This document shows, one piece after another, positions 28,193 through 40,074 of a stretch of 64,000 nt of DNA (the stretch's first letter is position 1; each line of letters begins with the position of its first letter). Below the pieces are notes generated by a model, which searched no databases, was not told where the DNA came from, and saw only the letters and a program-made list of their open reading frames with translations. The position numbers and the translations under genes are program-made. Source of the DNA: Eledone cirrhosa (lineage: Eukaryota); assembly GCA_964016885.1 (NCBI GenBank), contig OZ024743.1, positions 35,464,001 through 35,528,000 on the forward strand, written 5' to 3'.

Positions 28193-30094
28193 GTGCCGGC
28201 GTTGTATGGGCTTCGAAAAGACCATAAAACGGGCTGGGACCCCGTCGCGGGACCACCAACACGGCCAGTCTGTGGGGCTAACATTGCTAGTAACTACAGA
28301 CTGTCCTACTTCCTCTCCCTGATCATACGCCCCATCATTGAGATGTCCCCAGATGTGTGTGACAGCACGGAGGACCTCCTCAGCAGAATCGGCGCGGGTA
28401 ACCGATCTGGGGACCTAACAAACTGCATAATAGGCAGTATGGATGTTGTGTCCCTGTATCCATCTATTGACGTGGATTTTGCTGTGGAGAAATGCGTCGA
28501 AATGATCAGCGAGAGCAAGGTTGAGTTCCGTGGGATTGATACCAGTGAGCTGGGACTTCTACTTAAGCTTACCCATAGTAATAGTTACCTAGACACTTAT
28601 GACCTTAGCAACCTGTGCCCTACAAGACCAGCAAGAGGCAGACCACCTACCATTACCTCAATGGCCAAGAAAACCCACACAGATAGATGGAACGGGTGGA
28701 CCAGAGCCATACGGACACCCGAAAACCACGATGAACTGAAGAAAATGATTGCACATGCGGTAGGGGCCAGCATAAAATTAACCCTTAAGGAACATATGTT
28801 CAAATTTAATGGTAAAACATATGCCCAAGAGGAAGGAGCAGCCATTGGTGTTAGCATTGCAGGCGACATAGCTAACTTGTTCATGGTATGGTGGGACAGT
28901 AGACTTAAACAAAAACTTAATGAACAATTAGAAGACAGCTTAACCCTGATAATGTACTCCCGCTACGTAGATGATATAAACATCGTAGTTAAGACACCCC
29001 CACTAAAGAACAGTCAGGAACCAGAGAAAAACACAATGGAAAGCATCCAGCAAATAGCAAACTCCATCCACCAGAGCATTAGAGTTACTATAGACTACCC
29101 AAGTAGACACCCCAACCATCGATTACCTGTACTAGACACAGAGCTCTGGTTAGATACTATTAACAACCAAAAACAAATCCTCCATTCCCATTATGCCAAA
29201 CCCATGACTTCCAAACATCTGATCCACCGAAACTCGGCCATTTCGGACCATACCAAAATCAACATACTGATTGCGGATTTGGTACGGGTGATGAGAAATG
29301 TGTCCCGCATGTGCAACCCTGAAGAACTAGAGAGACACATACAACACTTCATCCACCGTATGCAGTTCTCTGGCTACAATCAGAGAGATAGAATCAGAGT
29401 GTATAAAGGAGCCAGAACCAAATGGGAAAAAATGGTAAATAATGACATAAATGGGACCTGCCCCTTGTATAGGAGCAAATTTTGGAATAGAATAGAAAGA
29501 ACTAAGAACAAGGCCAATACAATAAACTCATGGTATGATAGCAATAAATACCAGAGTGTAATGTTCATCAATACAACCCCTAGAGGCGAACTAGCCTACA
29601 AATTTAGAAGGGTCCTAAAGAAACATAATCTCAATATTAAGATAGTAGAAAGACCTGGTACCTCCGTAAAAACACTTATTAGCAAGACATACCCGTTCCA
29701 AAGACCCTCATGTATAGATAAGAAATGTATAACCTGTAAAATAAGCCCCCATATTAACTGTAAAACTAGAAATGTAGTATATAGCATAAGATGTACTGAA
29801 GGACAATGTAGAAACAAAAATATAGTGTACATAGGTGAGACAGCTCGTAGTATAGGGGAACGAATAAATGAACACTGGCGAGACCTCCAAGATAGTAAAG
29901 AATCATCTGTGCTCTACCAACATGCTAAGATAGAACACAGGGGTAAATTAGAGAGCATAGAAATAAAAATAGAATCCACACACAAGAAAGACGCAATGTT
30001 TAGGCAAATTACAGAGGCAGTAAGCATAAAAGAATTAAAACCAAAATTAAATAGAAAATATGAGTGGAACAGCAACATCACAACTTACAATTAA
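28193..30094 (+). CDS. PLE reverse transcriptase + GIY-YIG endonuclease (open 633-codon C-terminal portion, probably Naiad-type)
   Basis: LYGLRKDHK, TRPVCG, SMDVVSLYPSID, QEEGAAIGVSIAGDIANLFM, YSRYVDD, LPVLD, then a Cys-rich linker CIDKKCITC, NVVYSIRC...YIGETARSIGERINEH...EAVSI...PKLN. Confidence 0.9.
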   Translation: MPALYGLRKDHKTGWDPVAGPPTRPVCGANIASNYRLSYFLSLIIRPIIEMSPDVCDSTEDLLSRIGAGNRSGDLTNCIIGSMDVVSLYPSIDVDFAVEKCVEMISESKVEFRGIDTSELGLLLKLTHSNSYLDTYDLSNLCPTRPARGRPPTITSMAKKTHTDRWNGWTRAIRTPENHDELKKMIAHAVGASIKLTLKEHMFKFNGKTYAQEEGAAIGVSIAGDIANLFMVWWDSRLKQKLNEQLEDSLTLIMYSRYVDDINIVVKTPPLKNSQEPEKNTMESIQQIANSIHQSIRVTIDYPSRHPNHRLPVLDTELWLDTINNQKQILHSHYAKPMTSKHLIHRNSAISDHTKINILIADLVRVMRNVSRMCNPEELERHIQHFIHRMQFSGYNQRDRIRVYKGARTKWEKMVNNDINGTCPLYRSKFWNRIERTKNKANTINSWYDSNKYQSVMFINTTPRGELAYKFRRVLKKHNLNIKIVERPGTSVKTLISKTYPFQRPSCIDKKCITCKISPHINCKTRNVVYSIRCTEGQCRNKNIVYIGETARSIGERINEHWRDLQDSKESSVLYQHAKIEHRGKLESIEIKIESTHKKDAMFRQITEAVSIKELKPKLNRKYEWNSNITTYN

Positions 30095-30391
30095 GGACAA
30101 AATGAAAACACACACACACATAGAACAAACAACTTACAATTGAAAACACACACAAAATGAAAACACACACAAGACAAAATGAAAACACACACACACATAG
30201 AACAAACAACCAACCAACAATAAATAAATAAATAAACAAACAAATATAAATAGAAAAATAGAAAAATGAACACAAACACACACAGACACCCGGATGTGGC
30301 GCATGCGCAAACTGAGCACGCAACCCACACACAAACAAAATGGCGTAGGATAGAAGAAAGGAAAGGCACAGAAACGAAGAAAGAAATCCCC

Positions 30392-30436
30392 AGTCACTGA
30401 AGAGGTCACAGAGTGTGTGACGAAAGAACTATGACT
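30392..30436 (+). ncRNA. Minimal type I hammerhead ribozyme in PLE pLTR (inverted copy at 26714-26758, minus strand)
   Basis: AGTCA-CTGAAGA-G-GTCACA(GAGTG)TGTGAC-GAAA-GAAC-TA^TGACT. Confidence 0.8.
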
Positions 30437-30589
30437 ATATATATATATAAACAACTATCTGGTTGTGGAACCAACCAACCAACCAGAAATTTATAAATTT
30501 GTAAATTTATAAATATATATTAAATTAAATTGAAGTGAAAGCAACTGGTGCGTGTGTTTCTTATTGGCAACATGACCCTCCCAAAGTAT

Positions 30590-30655
<66 letters not shown>

Positions 30656-30658
30656 CGT

Positions 30659-31056
30659 ATTTGTTTTGCAAGATTCTTCATTAAAAAAAAATCATGTGTT
30701 GAAGTAGATATTTTAATATTTGGTGCTGGCCATGTTACCAATTCTACCAACAGAAACACACGCATTAATTCATTAATTGACATTAATTTCAGTTTTATTA
30801 TTATAGTTATTGGTTATTTCGTCAAAGTTCTTTCGTCAAACATTCTCTGACCTCCTCAATGATTAGTTTTTCTTCTTCTCTGTGCCTCCTCTTCTGTTTG
30901 GGCTTACTTTGCTTATTCTTGTATTTCTGTGGTACGTTTTATTTGACGAAATGATCAATAACTAATAATAATAGAGCTGAAACGAAAGTGAAACAGTGTG
31001 TGTGTTTTTAATGACAAAATTGGCAACATGACTATCCTCAAATGTAACACCAATAT
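30659..31056. mobile_element. Old fold-back relic of the same PLE pLTR family
   Basis: It starts like the left extension of the PLE (TTTGTTTTGCAAGATTCTT..AAATCATGTGTTGAA) and holds a diverged minus-strand hammerhead at 30825-30863 (TTGAGGA-G-GTCAGA..TTTGAC-GAAAGAACT). An inverted arm lies at ~30941-31056. Confidence 0.65.
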
Positions 31057-31222
31057 ATATAAAACATTAGATTAAAGTTATTAGGTTAGCAGTTTGGTAA
31101 AGTGAATAAGAGTTATTTCTGACGTTTCGGACTGTGTCCATCTTCGGAAAATTAGAAAAGAATGGAGGAAAGAACAGAAAGCTATGAAAACAAGGAGAAT
31201 GAAAGCTTTATGCACACATACA

Positions 31223-31260
<38 letters not shown>

Positions 31261-31330
31261 ATCTCTCTATCTCTCTCTCTCTCACACACACACACACATA
31301 TATATACATACGCACACACATATATGTATA

Positions 31331-31391
<61 letters not shown>

Positions 31392-31422
31392 TAAAAATAG
31401 AATATTATATCATATATAATTC

Positions 31423-31483
<61 letters not shown>

Positions 31484-32169
31484 CATGAATTATATATGAT
31501 ATAATATTCTATTTTTAATTATTGATATTGATTTCTGATGAAAATTCAGAAATGAAATGGAATCAAATAGGCTTACACGAGAAGTTGTCGTCTGCTCTTC
31601 CATTTTGTTTTTCGTTTAAAAAAAAGGGGAAAACATTTGTAAGTTTTAGCACAACTGCAGCTGTTATTTATGAAGTAACCACGCCTTTTTCTTTCCTTAA
31701 CTAGAAACTAATAAAATTACCCAATAACCCATTTACCCTTGTCTTTTCTTGCTGCCAAATCCACTGGAGCATACGACACGATAACTGTAGTTTTTTTAAA
31801 AGTATTTAGATAAGCGACACTTTTTTCGACGCCATTTTGAATTTTTGACGACATCATCATACAATGACAGCAATACATGTTCTTTTGATTTACTTGTTTT
31901 GCTTTTCATTGCTTTCTTTTCATTGTTGATTATTTTCATTTTCTTAGGAAAAAAGGAAACTGTAATATTCGCTAGACACACAAACACATACACATACATA
32001 CATACACGCATACACACACATATGCGCACATACACACACATATGCGCACACACACACGCACATACATACACACGCACATACGTACACAACACGCACAAAC
32101 AAACATACAAACTCACTTTCATTCGCACGTACACACACACACACACACAAATATGCACAAACAGCGAAC

Positions 32170-33035
<866 letters not shown>

Positions 33036-33390
33036 GGAACACCAACAAGAATTAAATATGAAAAGATATACATAATGAGGAATATCACTTGCACTTTTAA
33101 GTCTTAAATCTTTCTCTATTCCCGCCTCTCACCCCTCCCCCTCTCTTACTCTCTCTCTCACTCCCACTCTCTTACTTTCTCTCACTCTCACTTCCCCTCT
33201 CTCTCTATTGCAATGTTTCTTTCTCTTCCCCTTCTCTCTCTGTATTATCATGTATGTGTAGGGGGATGCATATGGATAAAAATGAATTGAGAAATAAATA
33301 TATACAGATCAATAACTGGACAGACTGACAGACAGACGCATCCCACTACCCACATATATATATACGTATGTATGTATGTATCTGTGTGTG

Positions 33391-33430
<40 letters not shown>

Positions 33431-33436
33431 TATATA

Positions 33437-33491
<55 letters not shown>

Positions 33492-33583
33492 CATACATAT
33501 ATATGCATACATATATATATCCATACATATATATAGTTATATATATTCATACATATATATAAATACATATATATATATGTATG

Positions 33584-33624
<41 letters not shown>

Positions 33625-33661
33625 TATATATATAATTATATATATAATTATATTATATATA

Positions 33662-33736
<75 letters not shown>

Positions 33737-34512
33737 CTAGCAGAATGGCCCGGCGTTGCTCGGGATTTGCTATAGGGTTCTTATATATTTGATATATATT
33801 TATCCTTATCGAACCTCGTGAAATAAATACGTTTGTTTATATTTTGTTATTGTGTATGCAAAAATATCTGTCCATGAATATATAATTATATATATATATA
33901 TATATTAAAATAACAGACTAAAGTTTAAGCAAAGAATCACTGCTTTCACCCTTAACGGGATATTCTACCTAAAAGCAGTATGAAGTACATACACTAAGAC
34001 TAATTGATGTAATCTTTGGCTTTGTTTGTTTATATTTTGTTTTTGTGTATGCACAAATATCTGTACACGAATATCTATATTAAAATAACATATTAATGTT
34101 TAAGCAAAGAATCGCTGCTTTCAACCTTAACGGGATCTTCTTAAACTAAAAAAATCAATCTGGAAAACAGGAAGACGATACTTTGGTTCGTGAAGACGTT
34201 CCCTGGCATAAGAATATATATACACACACACACGGATCGCGTCATAATGACGTAATGCAGACAGTCAGGCATACAGACAGATGTTATGAAGGCGCGACGT
34301 CATATCTATGTATCTATCTAAAAAGAGAAAGACTAAGAGAAAGAGAAAGAGATCGCTAAATCGCCTAATGCGGTCCCTATTGAAATTTTTTTTGCTCAAA
34401 ACACTTCCGGGGTCATACGAGTTACATGTATAAAGTTTGAAAAAACCGGTTGGGTACTTCTCGAGTTTTAGGAAAACAGACACACAGACATCCTCTGTTT
34501 TATATATATAGA
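33737..34512 (-). mobile_element. Non-autonomous Helitron
   Basis: The minus strand begins A|TCTATATATATAAAA, has the hairpin CCCGAGCAACGCCGGG near the 3' end and ends CTAG|T. It shares blocks with 47749-48721. Confidence 0.8.
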
Positions 34513-34557
34513 TTATGGATATATGTATGGATACATACATATTTATGTATATATGTG

Positions 34558-34611
<54 letters not shown>

Positions 34612-34768
34612 GGTCCTTCATCAGTGATCTTCCAACCATCATCGGTATTTCTTCGCTTTAAAGACCATATACCTCCGGTTGGTGCGAGCAACGGCTAAAG
34701 AAAGTCGTTGGGACATGTAAATAAAGGGAACAGCGAAAGTGTAAACAAACAAAGATGGTGAAGCAACG

Positions 34769-34836
<68 letters not shown>

Positions 34837-34909
34837 TTATATATATGTATATCTGTTAGTCTCTGTCTGTGCAGCTATTGATCGGCATATATTTCTCAAT
34901 TATTTATAA

Positions 34910-35070
34910 GATGGCGAATTGGCAGAGTCGTTAGAACGTCGAATAGAATTCTTTGCGGTGTTCGTTCCAACTCTTTGCGCTCTGAGTTCAAATCCCGTCG
35001 AGATCAACTTCGCCTAAAATCCATTTAAGGTCGAAAAAAGAAAATGTACCAGTCTAGCACTGGGGTCGAT
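34910..35070 (+). mobile_element. SINE copy
   Basis: GGCGAATTGGCAGAGTCGTTAGAACGTCG...TCTGAGTTCAAATCCCGTCGAG...CACTGGGGTCGAT. Confidence 0.75.
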
Positions 35071-35314
35071 GTTTTCTCTATAATCTCTTTCTCACTTCCT
35101 CTCTACCAAACCTTATCTCCTTCTCTGTAAGAAACCGACTGAGTTTAGGTCTGGTGTGGATATAGGTTCCGCCAGGCTTAAAATGCCCAACACACGCTGT
35201 GTGTCTTTGCTCCCACGGTTTCACTTGGGGTTACTGGTTAAAATTTAAAACAATATATATATATATAAATTTAAACAATATATATATATATAAATTTAAA
35301 ACAATATATATATA

Positions 35315-37247
35315 TATAAACATACAGAATATTTTCGAATATTCTATGTCTATATTCACATATATATCGCTATTTCAGAGCATTTATTCCAATTTCTAAT
35401 TTCTGCCGGACCGGCAACCGCTCTTTCAAACCAGTTCCTGTACACAGCTAAGTATTCTATAAGTCTCTAGCTGTGTCATTCTCGATAAAAGCACTGGATA
35501 TGTAGTCCTGATGATTTCTAACGAGAATGAAACGCGTAGATTACTTCCCTTGCTTTTATCGAGAATCTAATTGTAATACGTGACGTATTCTATTCTATAG
35601 CGATTAGGTCTTCAAAATGTTTATTATAAACATACAGAATATTTTCGAATATTCTATGTCTATATTCACATATATATCGCTATTTCAGAGCATTTATTCC
35701 AATTTCTAATTTCTGCCGGACCGGCAACCGCTCTTTCAAACCAGTTCCTGTACACAGCTAAGTATTCTATAAGTCTCTAGCTGTGTCATTCTCGATAAAA
35801 GCACTGGATATGTAGTCCTGATGATTTCTAACGAGAATGAAACGCGTAGATTACTTCCCTTGCTTTTATCGAGAATCTAATTGTAATACGTGACGTATTC
35901 TATTCTATAGCGATTAGGTCTTCAAAATGTTTATTATAAACATACAGAATATTTTCGAATATTCTATGTCTATATTCACATATATATCGCTATTTCAGAG
36001 CATTTATTCCAATTTCTAATTTCTGCCGGACCGGCAACCGCTCTTTCAAACCAGTTCCTGTACACAGCTAAGTATTCTATAAGTCTCTAGCTGTGTCATT
36101 CTCGATAAAAGCACTGGATATGTAGTCCTGATGATTTCTAACGAGAATGAAACGCGTAGATTACTTCCCTTGCTTTTATCGAGAATCTAATTGTAATACG
36201 TGACGTATTCTATTCTATAGCGATTAGGTCTTCAAAATGTTTATTATAAACATACAGAATATTTTCGAATATTCTATGTCTATATTCACATATATATCGC
36301 TATTTCAGAGCATTTATTCCAATTTCTAATTTCTGCCGGACCGGCAACCGCTCTTTCAAACCAGTTCCTGTACACAGCTAAGTATTCTATAAGTCTCTAG
36401 CTGTGTCATTCTCGATAAAAGCACTGGATATGTAGTCCTGATGATTTCTAACGAGAATGAAACGCGTAGATTACTTCCCTTGCTTTTATCGAGAATCTAA
36501 TTGTAATACGTGACGTATTCTATTCTATAGCGATTAGGTCTTCAAAATGTTTATTATAAACATACAGAATATTTTCGAATATTCTATGTCTATATTCACA
36601 TATATATCGCTATTTCAGAGCATTTATTCCAATTTCTAATTTCTGCCGGACCGGCAACCGCTCTTTCAAACCAGTTCCTGTACACAGCTAAGTATTCTAT
36701 AAGTCTCTAGCTGTGTCATTCTCGATAAAAGCACTGGATATGTAGTCCTGATGATTTCTAACGAGAATGAAACGCGTAGATTCCCTTGCTTTTATCGAGA
36801 ATCTAATTGTAATACGTGACGTATTCTATTCTATAGCGATTAGGTCTTCAAAATGTTTATTATAAACATACAGAATATTTTCGAATATTCTATGTCTATA
36901 TTCACATATATATCGCTATTTCAGAGCATTTATTCCAATTTCTAATTTCTGCCGGACCGGCAACCGCTCTTTCAAACCAGTTCCTGTACACAGCTAAGTA
37001 TTCTATAAGTCTCTAGCTGTGTCATTCTCGATAAAAGCACTGGATATGTAGTCCTGATGATTTCTAACGAGAATGAAACGCGTAGATTACTTCCCTTGCT
37101 TTTATCGAGAATCTAATTGTAATACGTGACGTATTCTATTCTATAGCGATTAGGTCTTCAAAATGTTTATTATAAACATACAGAATATTTTCGAATATTC
37201 TATGTCTATATTCACATATATATCGCTATTTCAGAGCATTTATTCCA

Positions 37248-37249
<2 letters not shown>
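35315..37249 (+). repeat. Tandem array of 310-bp hammerhead-containing units (retrozyme-like), 6 full units plus ~78 bp
   Basis: CATACAGAAT recurs at 35321, 35631, 35941, 36251, 36561, 36867 and 37177 (period 310, one unit 306). The array is flanked by (TA)n on both sides. Confidence 0.95.
35502..35544 (+). ncRNA. Minimal type I hammerhead ribozyme, unit 1 (repeated at 35812, 36122, 36432, 36742 and 37048)
   Basis: GTAGTC-CTGATGA-T-TTCT(AACG)AGAA-T-GAAA-CGCG-TA^GATTAC, with predicted cleavage after 35538. Confidence 0.85.
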
Positions 37250-37294
<45 letters not shown>

Positions 37295-37389
37295 GGGTTT
37301 AATCGGGGGTAACCACAGTACATCAGGTACTCCTGATGATTTCCTTCGAATGAAACAGTTCTAGTCCTGTAGAAGCCATTTCTATATAT

Positions 37390-37444
<55 letters not shown>

Positions 37445-38034
37445 ATTGGTGTGGGATGCTTAAAGCGTCCGTATGCGGTAGGCCGATTGAGCACTCGAGA
37501 CGTATCTGAGGACCTTGCGATTTCAGAGTCAGGTTCGATCATTGCATCGAGCGTGCCTCGAGCTGGTCGCCAGAGAAACGATTGTAATATGTCAAATAAA
37601 TTTTATTCGTCGCACCACTGATTCTCCGTTTCTTATGTGATATATATATATATATATATATATGGATATATATATATATACGTACATGAGTAGGGATAAA
37701 AAAGGAGAGGTAGTAGAAGTAGAAGTAGAAGATATATATATACATATGCATTAATGCTAAAAATATATCCTCCATAGATGGATAGATAGATAAATAAATG
37801 AGAAGGTAGGTAGAGAGGGGGAGTAGTGAGAGAGTGACAGGGAGAAAGTGAGATAAATTGAAGAATGAGAAGATGTTAGGATATTTCAAAAGAACCATTG
37901 AAAGAGAAGAAATTTCTCCTTTGCTACTTTATATCTGTTTAACATTGGAAATGGTCAGAAAATATGTGAAGTGGGTGTCTTTTAAAGAGGCTTCTCTCCC
38001 TCTCACTACTACTACTACCACCACCACCACCACC

Positions 38035-38105
<71 letters not shown>

Positions 38106-38121
38106 CACCTTGCATTCAGTC

Positions 38122-40040
38122 ATGAATGCTGCGTTCATAACTAGAAGTGGTGGAGAGGCGGTAAGAGTGTTAAGCTCGCAGTCACCTCCTCTCACTACCT
38201 CATTGAAAGACATCGAAAATGTCGTCAGTTTTGAAAACACGATGTCGGACGTTGATTGTAACATCAACACTAACACTAACACCAATAACATGCAAAATAT
38301 AAGCAACACCAACTAGAACAACAACAACAACAAAAATGACAACAAGAACAACAACAACAATAATGACAACAAGAACAACAACAGCAACAATGATAACAAC
38401 AACACCACCAACAACAACAGCAACAATGATAACAACAACACCTCCAACAACAACAGCAACACGAACAACTCCACGAACAAGGAAAAGATTTCCTTTGCGC
38501 AAACCGTCCAAAAGACGGCACTGTTCACATACCGTGACATTTCAAATGCTAGGGAAATGTTAAGCGATGCAAAATAGTATGTAATTTTTGGTGAGAGTGG
38601 TGCTTTCAGCATCACTTCTCCTCAACAGTTACGCAGAGAAACTGTTCTAAAAACAGTAATTTTTAGGACGGTTTCAAATGTGTCGAAAAAACCAGTTCAA
38701 TTATCCCAAAACGATATTGAACTGGTTCTGAAGAATTCCATGAAGGATATTGCCTTCATCCAAAAAGGGAAATTTTTTGGAAGCATTTCGGTGTTGTTGA
38801 AAGACCAATTGACAGCACAAAAATATTCTGTATCGCCGATTGTGTCCCACCTTTACACCTTTTTCCCCACATATATGGGAAAAAGAACACAAAAAATAAA
38901 AATTTCGAACATTGCACCAAATGTAAACGTCTGATGGATTCTAACTGGCTTCATCGATTTCGACGAAGACACCATCATTTCGGTGGGAAAGTCCTCCAGA
39001 GGCACATTCAATGGTACAAGCATGGAAGTTCTGGTCCAAATGAGGCCAGAACGGATAGCTAAAATACCCCAACGTGTGCCTCTGGATGGAATTTCACACA
39101 TAAACATTTCTGTTGAGGGTAGGCGGCCTTCATGTTACCACTGTTTAAGCAGTGGTCACCTGAAGGCTTACTGTCCTCAGTTAACTACAAAAAAAAGAGG
39201 CACTACTGCCAACACCCAAAACAACAACACAACCACCACCACCACCACCACCACCACCACCACCAACACGCAAACACAACCAAAACAAGAACAACAAACC
39301 AACCTGCAAGCACAGTCCCACCCAACCCCACTCCACCTAAAACCACTGCAAAAACACCCACAAACACAACAGCTCCCCAAAACATACCCCTTCCAAATGA
39401 CACAGAGACCACATCGGACGAGGCCCCCCACATCATCACCAAGTGACGATGAGGGAGAGCCTCTCCGTTCGAAAAGAAAGAAGAAAAGACACCACAAGAA
39501 CAAAAAACAACAAACATCACTACAAACATACAACCACCAACACAAACAACACAAACATTACAAACAAAAACCCCCCGTCCCGAAAACAAAACCACGACAT
39601 CACTCCAAACACAAACACCTACAACAAAACGAAAGCTCCCACAAGAACAACAGACAAAAACCACCGCAACACAACAAGAACATTACACATACATAAACAG
39701 TAAAAACAAAACTTTAATGGAGGTTATATCCAACGACCCTTCGGTGAAAACCGAAGGGAAAACTTTTTCGAACTGTGTAGACAAACCTAATTTAAAGATG
39801 ATTAGGGTCCCTACGGACACCTATAAGTCTTTAAAGGAAAACTTTCCTAAGGACGTGGGTAATCCTTGTGTTAAACCCATTAACCGCGTCCTTTTAAAAA
39901 GTTTACCCACCCTCACCCCAGACACCTCCACCCCACCAAACATCTCCGTCCCCACCCCGCCGGAAACCACCCACCCAGACAACCCCTCTAACACCCCCAT
40001 GGAAACCGTGCGGCCTGATCCTCGGGAGTCGAAGAGGTGA
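38122..40040 (+). pseudogene. LINE ORF1 (gag-like, zinc knuckle)
   Basis: ORFs 37858, 38680 and 38983 share one frame broken by single stops. VEGRRPSCYHCLSSGHLKAYCP contains CX2CX4HX4C at 39133-39174, followed by a low-complexity tail and a frame change to ORF 39717..40040. Confidence 0.8.
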
Positions 40041-40074
40041 GTGTTTTCTTCTCTTTTAACTTTTCAGAACCAAC

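Larger units (their letters stand above)
26553..30597 (+). mobile_element. Penelope-like element, 5'-truncated with inverted pseudo-LTR, inserted among (TA)n
   Basis: 26553-26939 is the reverse complement of 30211-30597 (387 bp, no mismatch seen by eye) and brackets an RT + GIY-YIG reading frame. Each pLTR carries a hammerhead motif. Confidence 0.93.

Noticed and set aside
28186-28194. TGA ending ORF 27394..28191 as a selenocysteine codon (as in some Naiad PLEs)
   Set aside because: The downstream RT is in a different frame. The stop is explained by a 4-bp duplication frameshift about 35 bp upstream.
31530-31560. CTGATGA...GAAA hammerhead-like string
   Set aside because: No stem II, stem III or stem I pairing; likely a chance match in AT-rich DNA.
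35315-37249. CRISPR array or plain satellite
   Set aside because: Units are identical along their whole length with no unique spacers and no cas genes, in a eukaryotic context. The ribozyme core explains it better.
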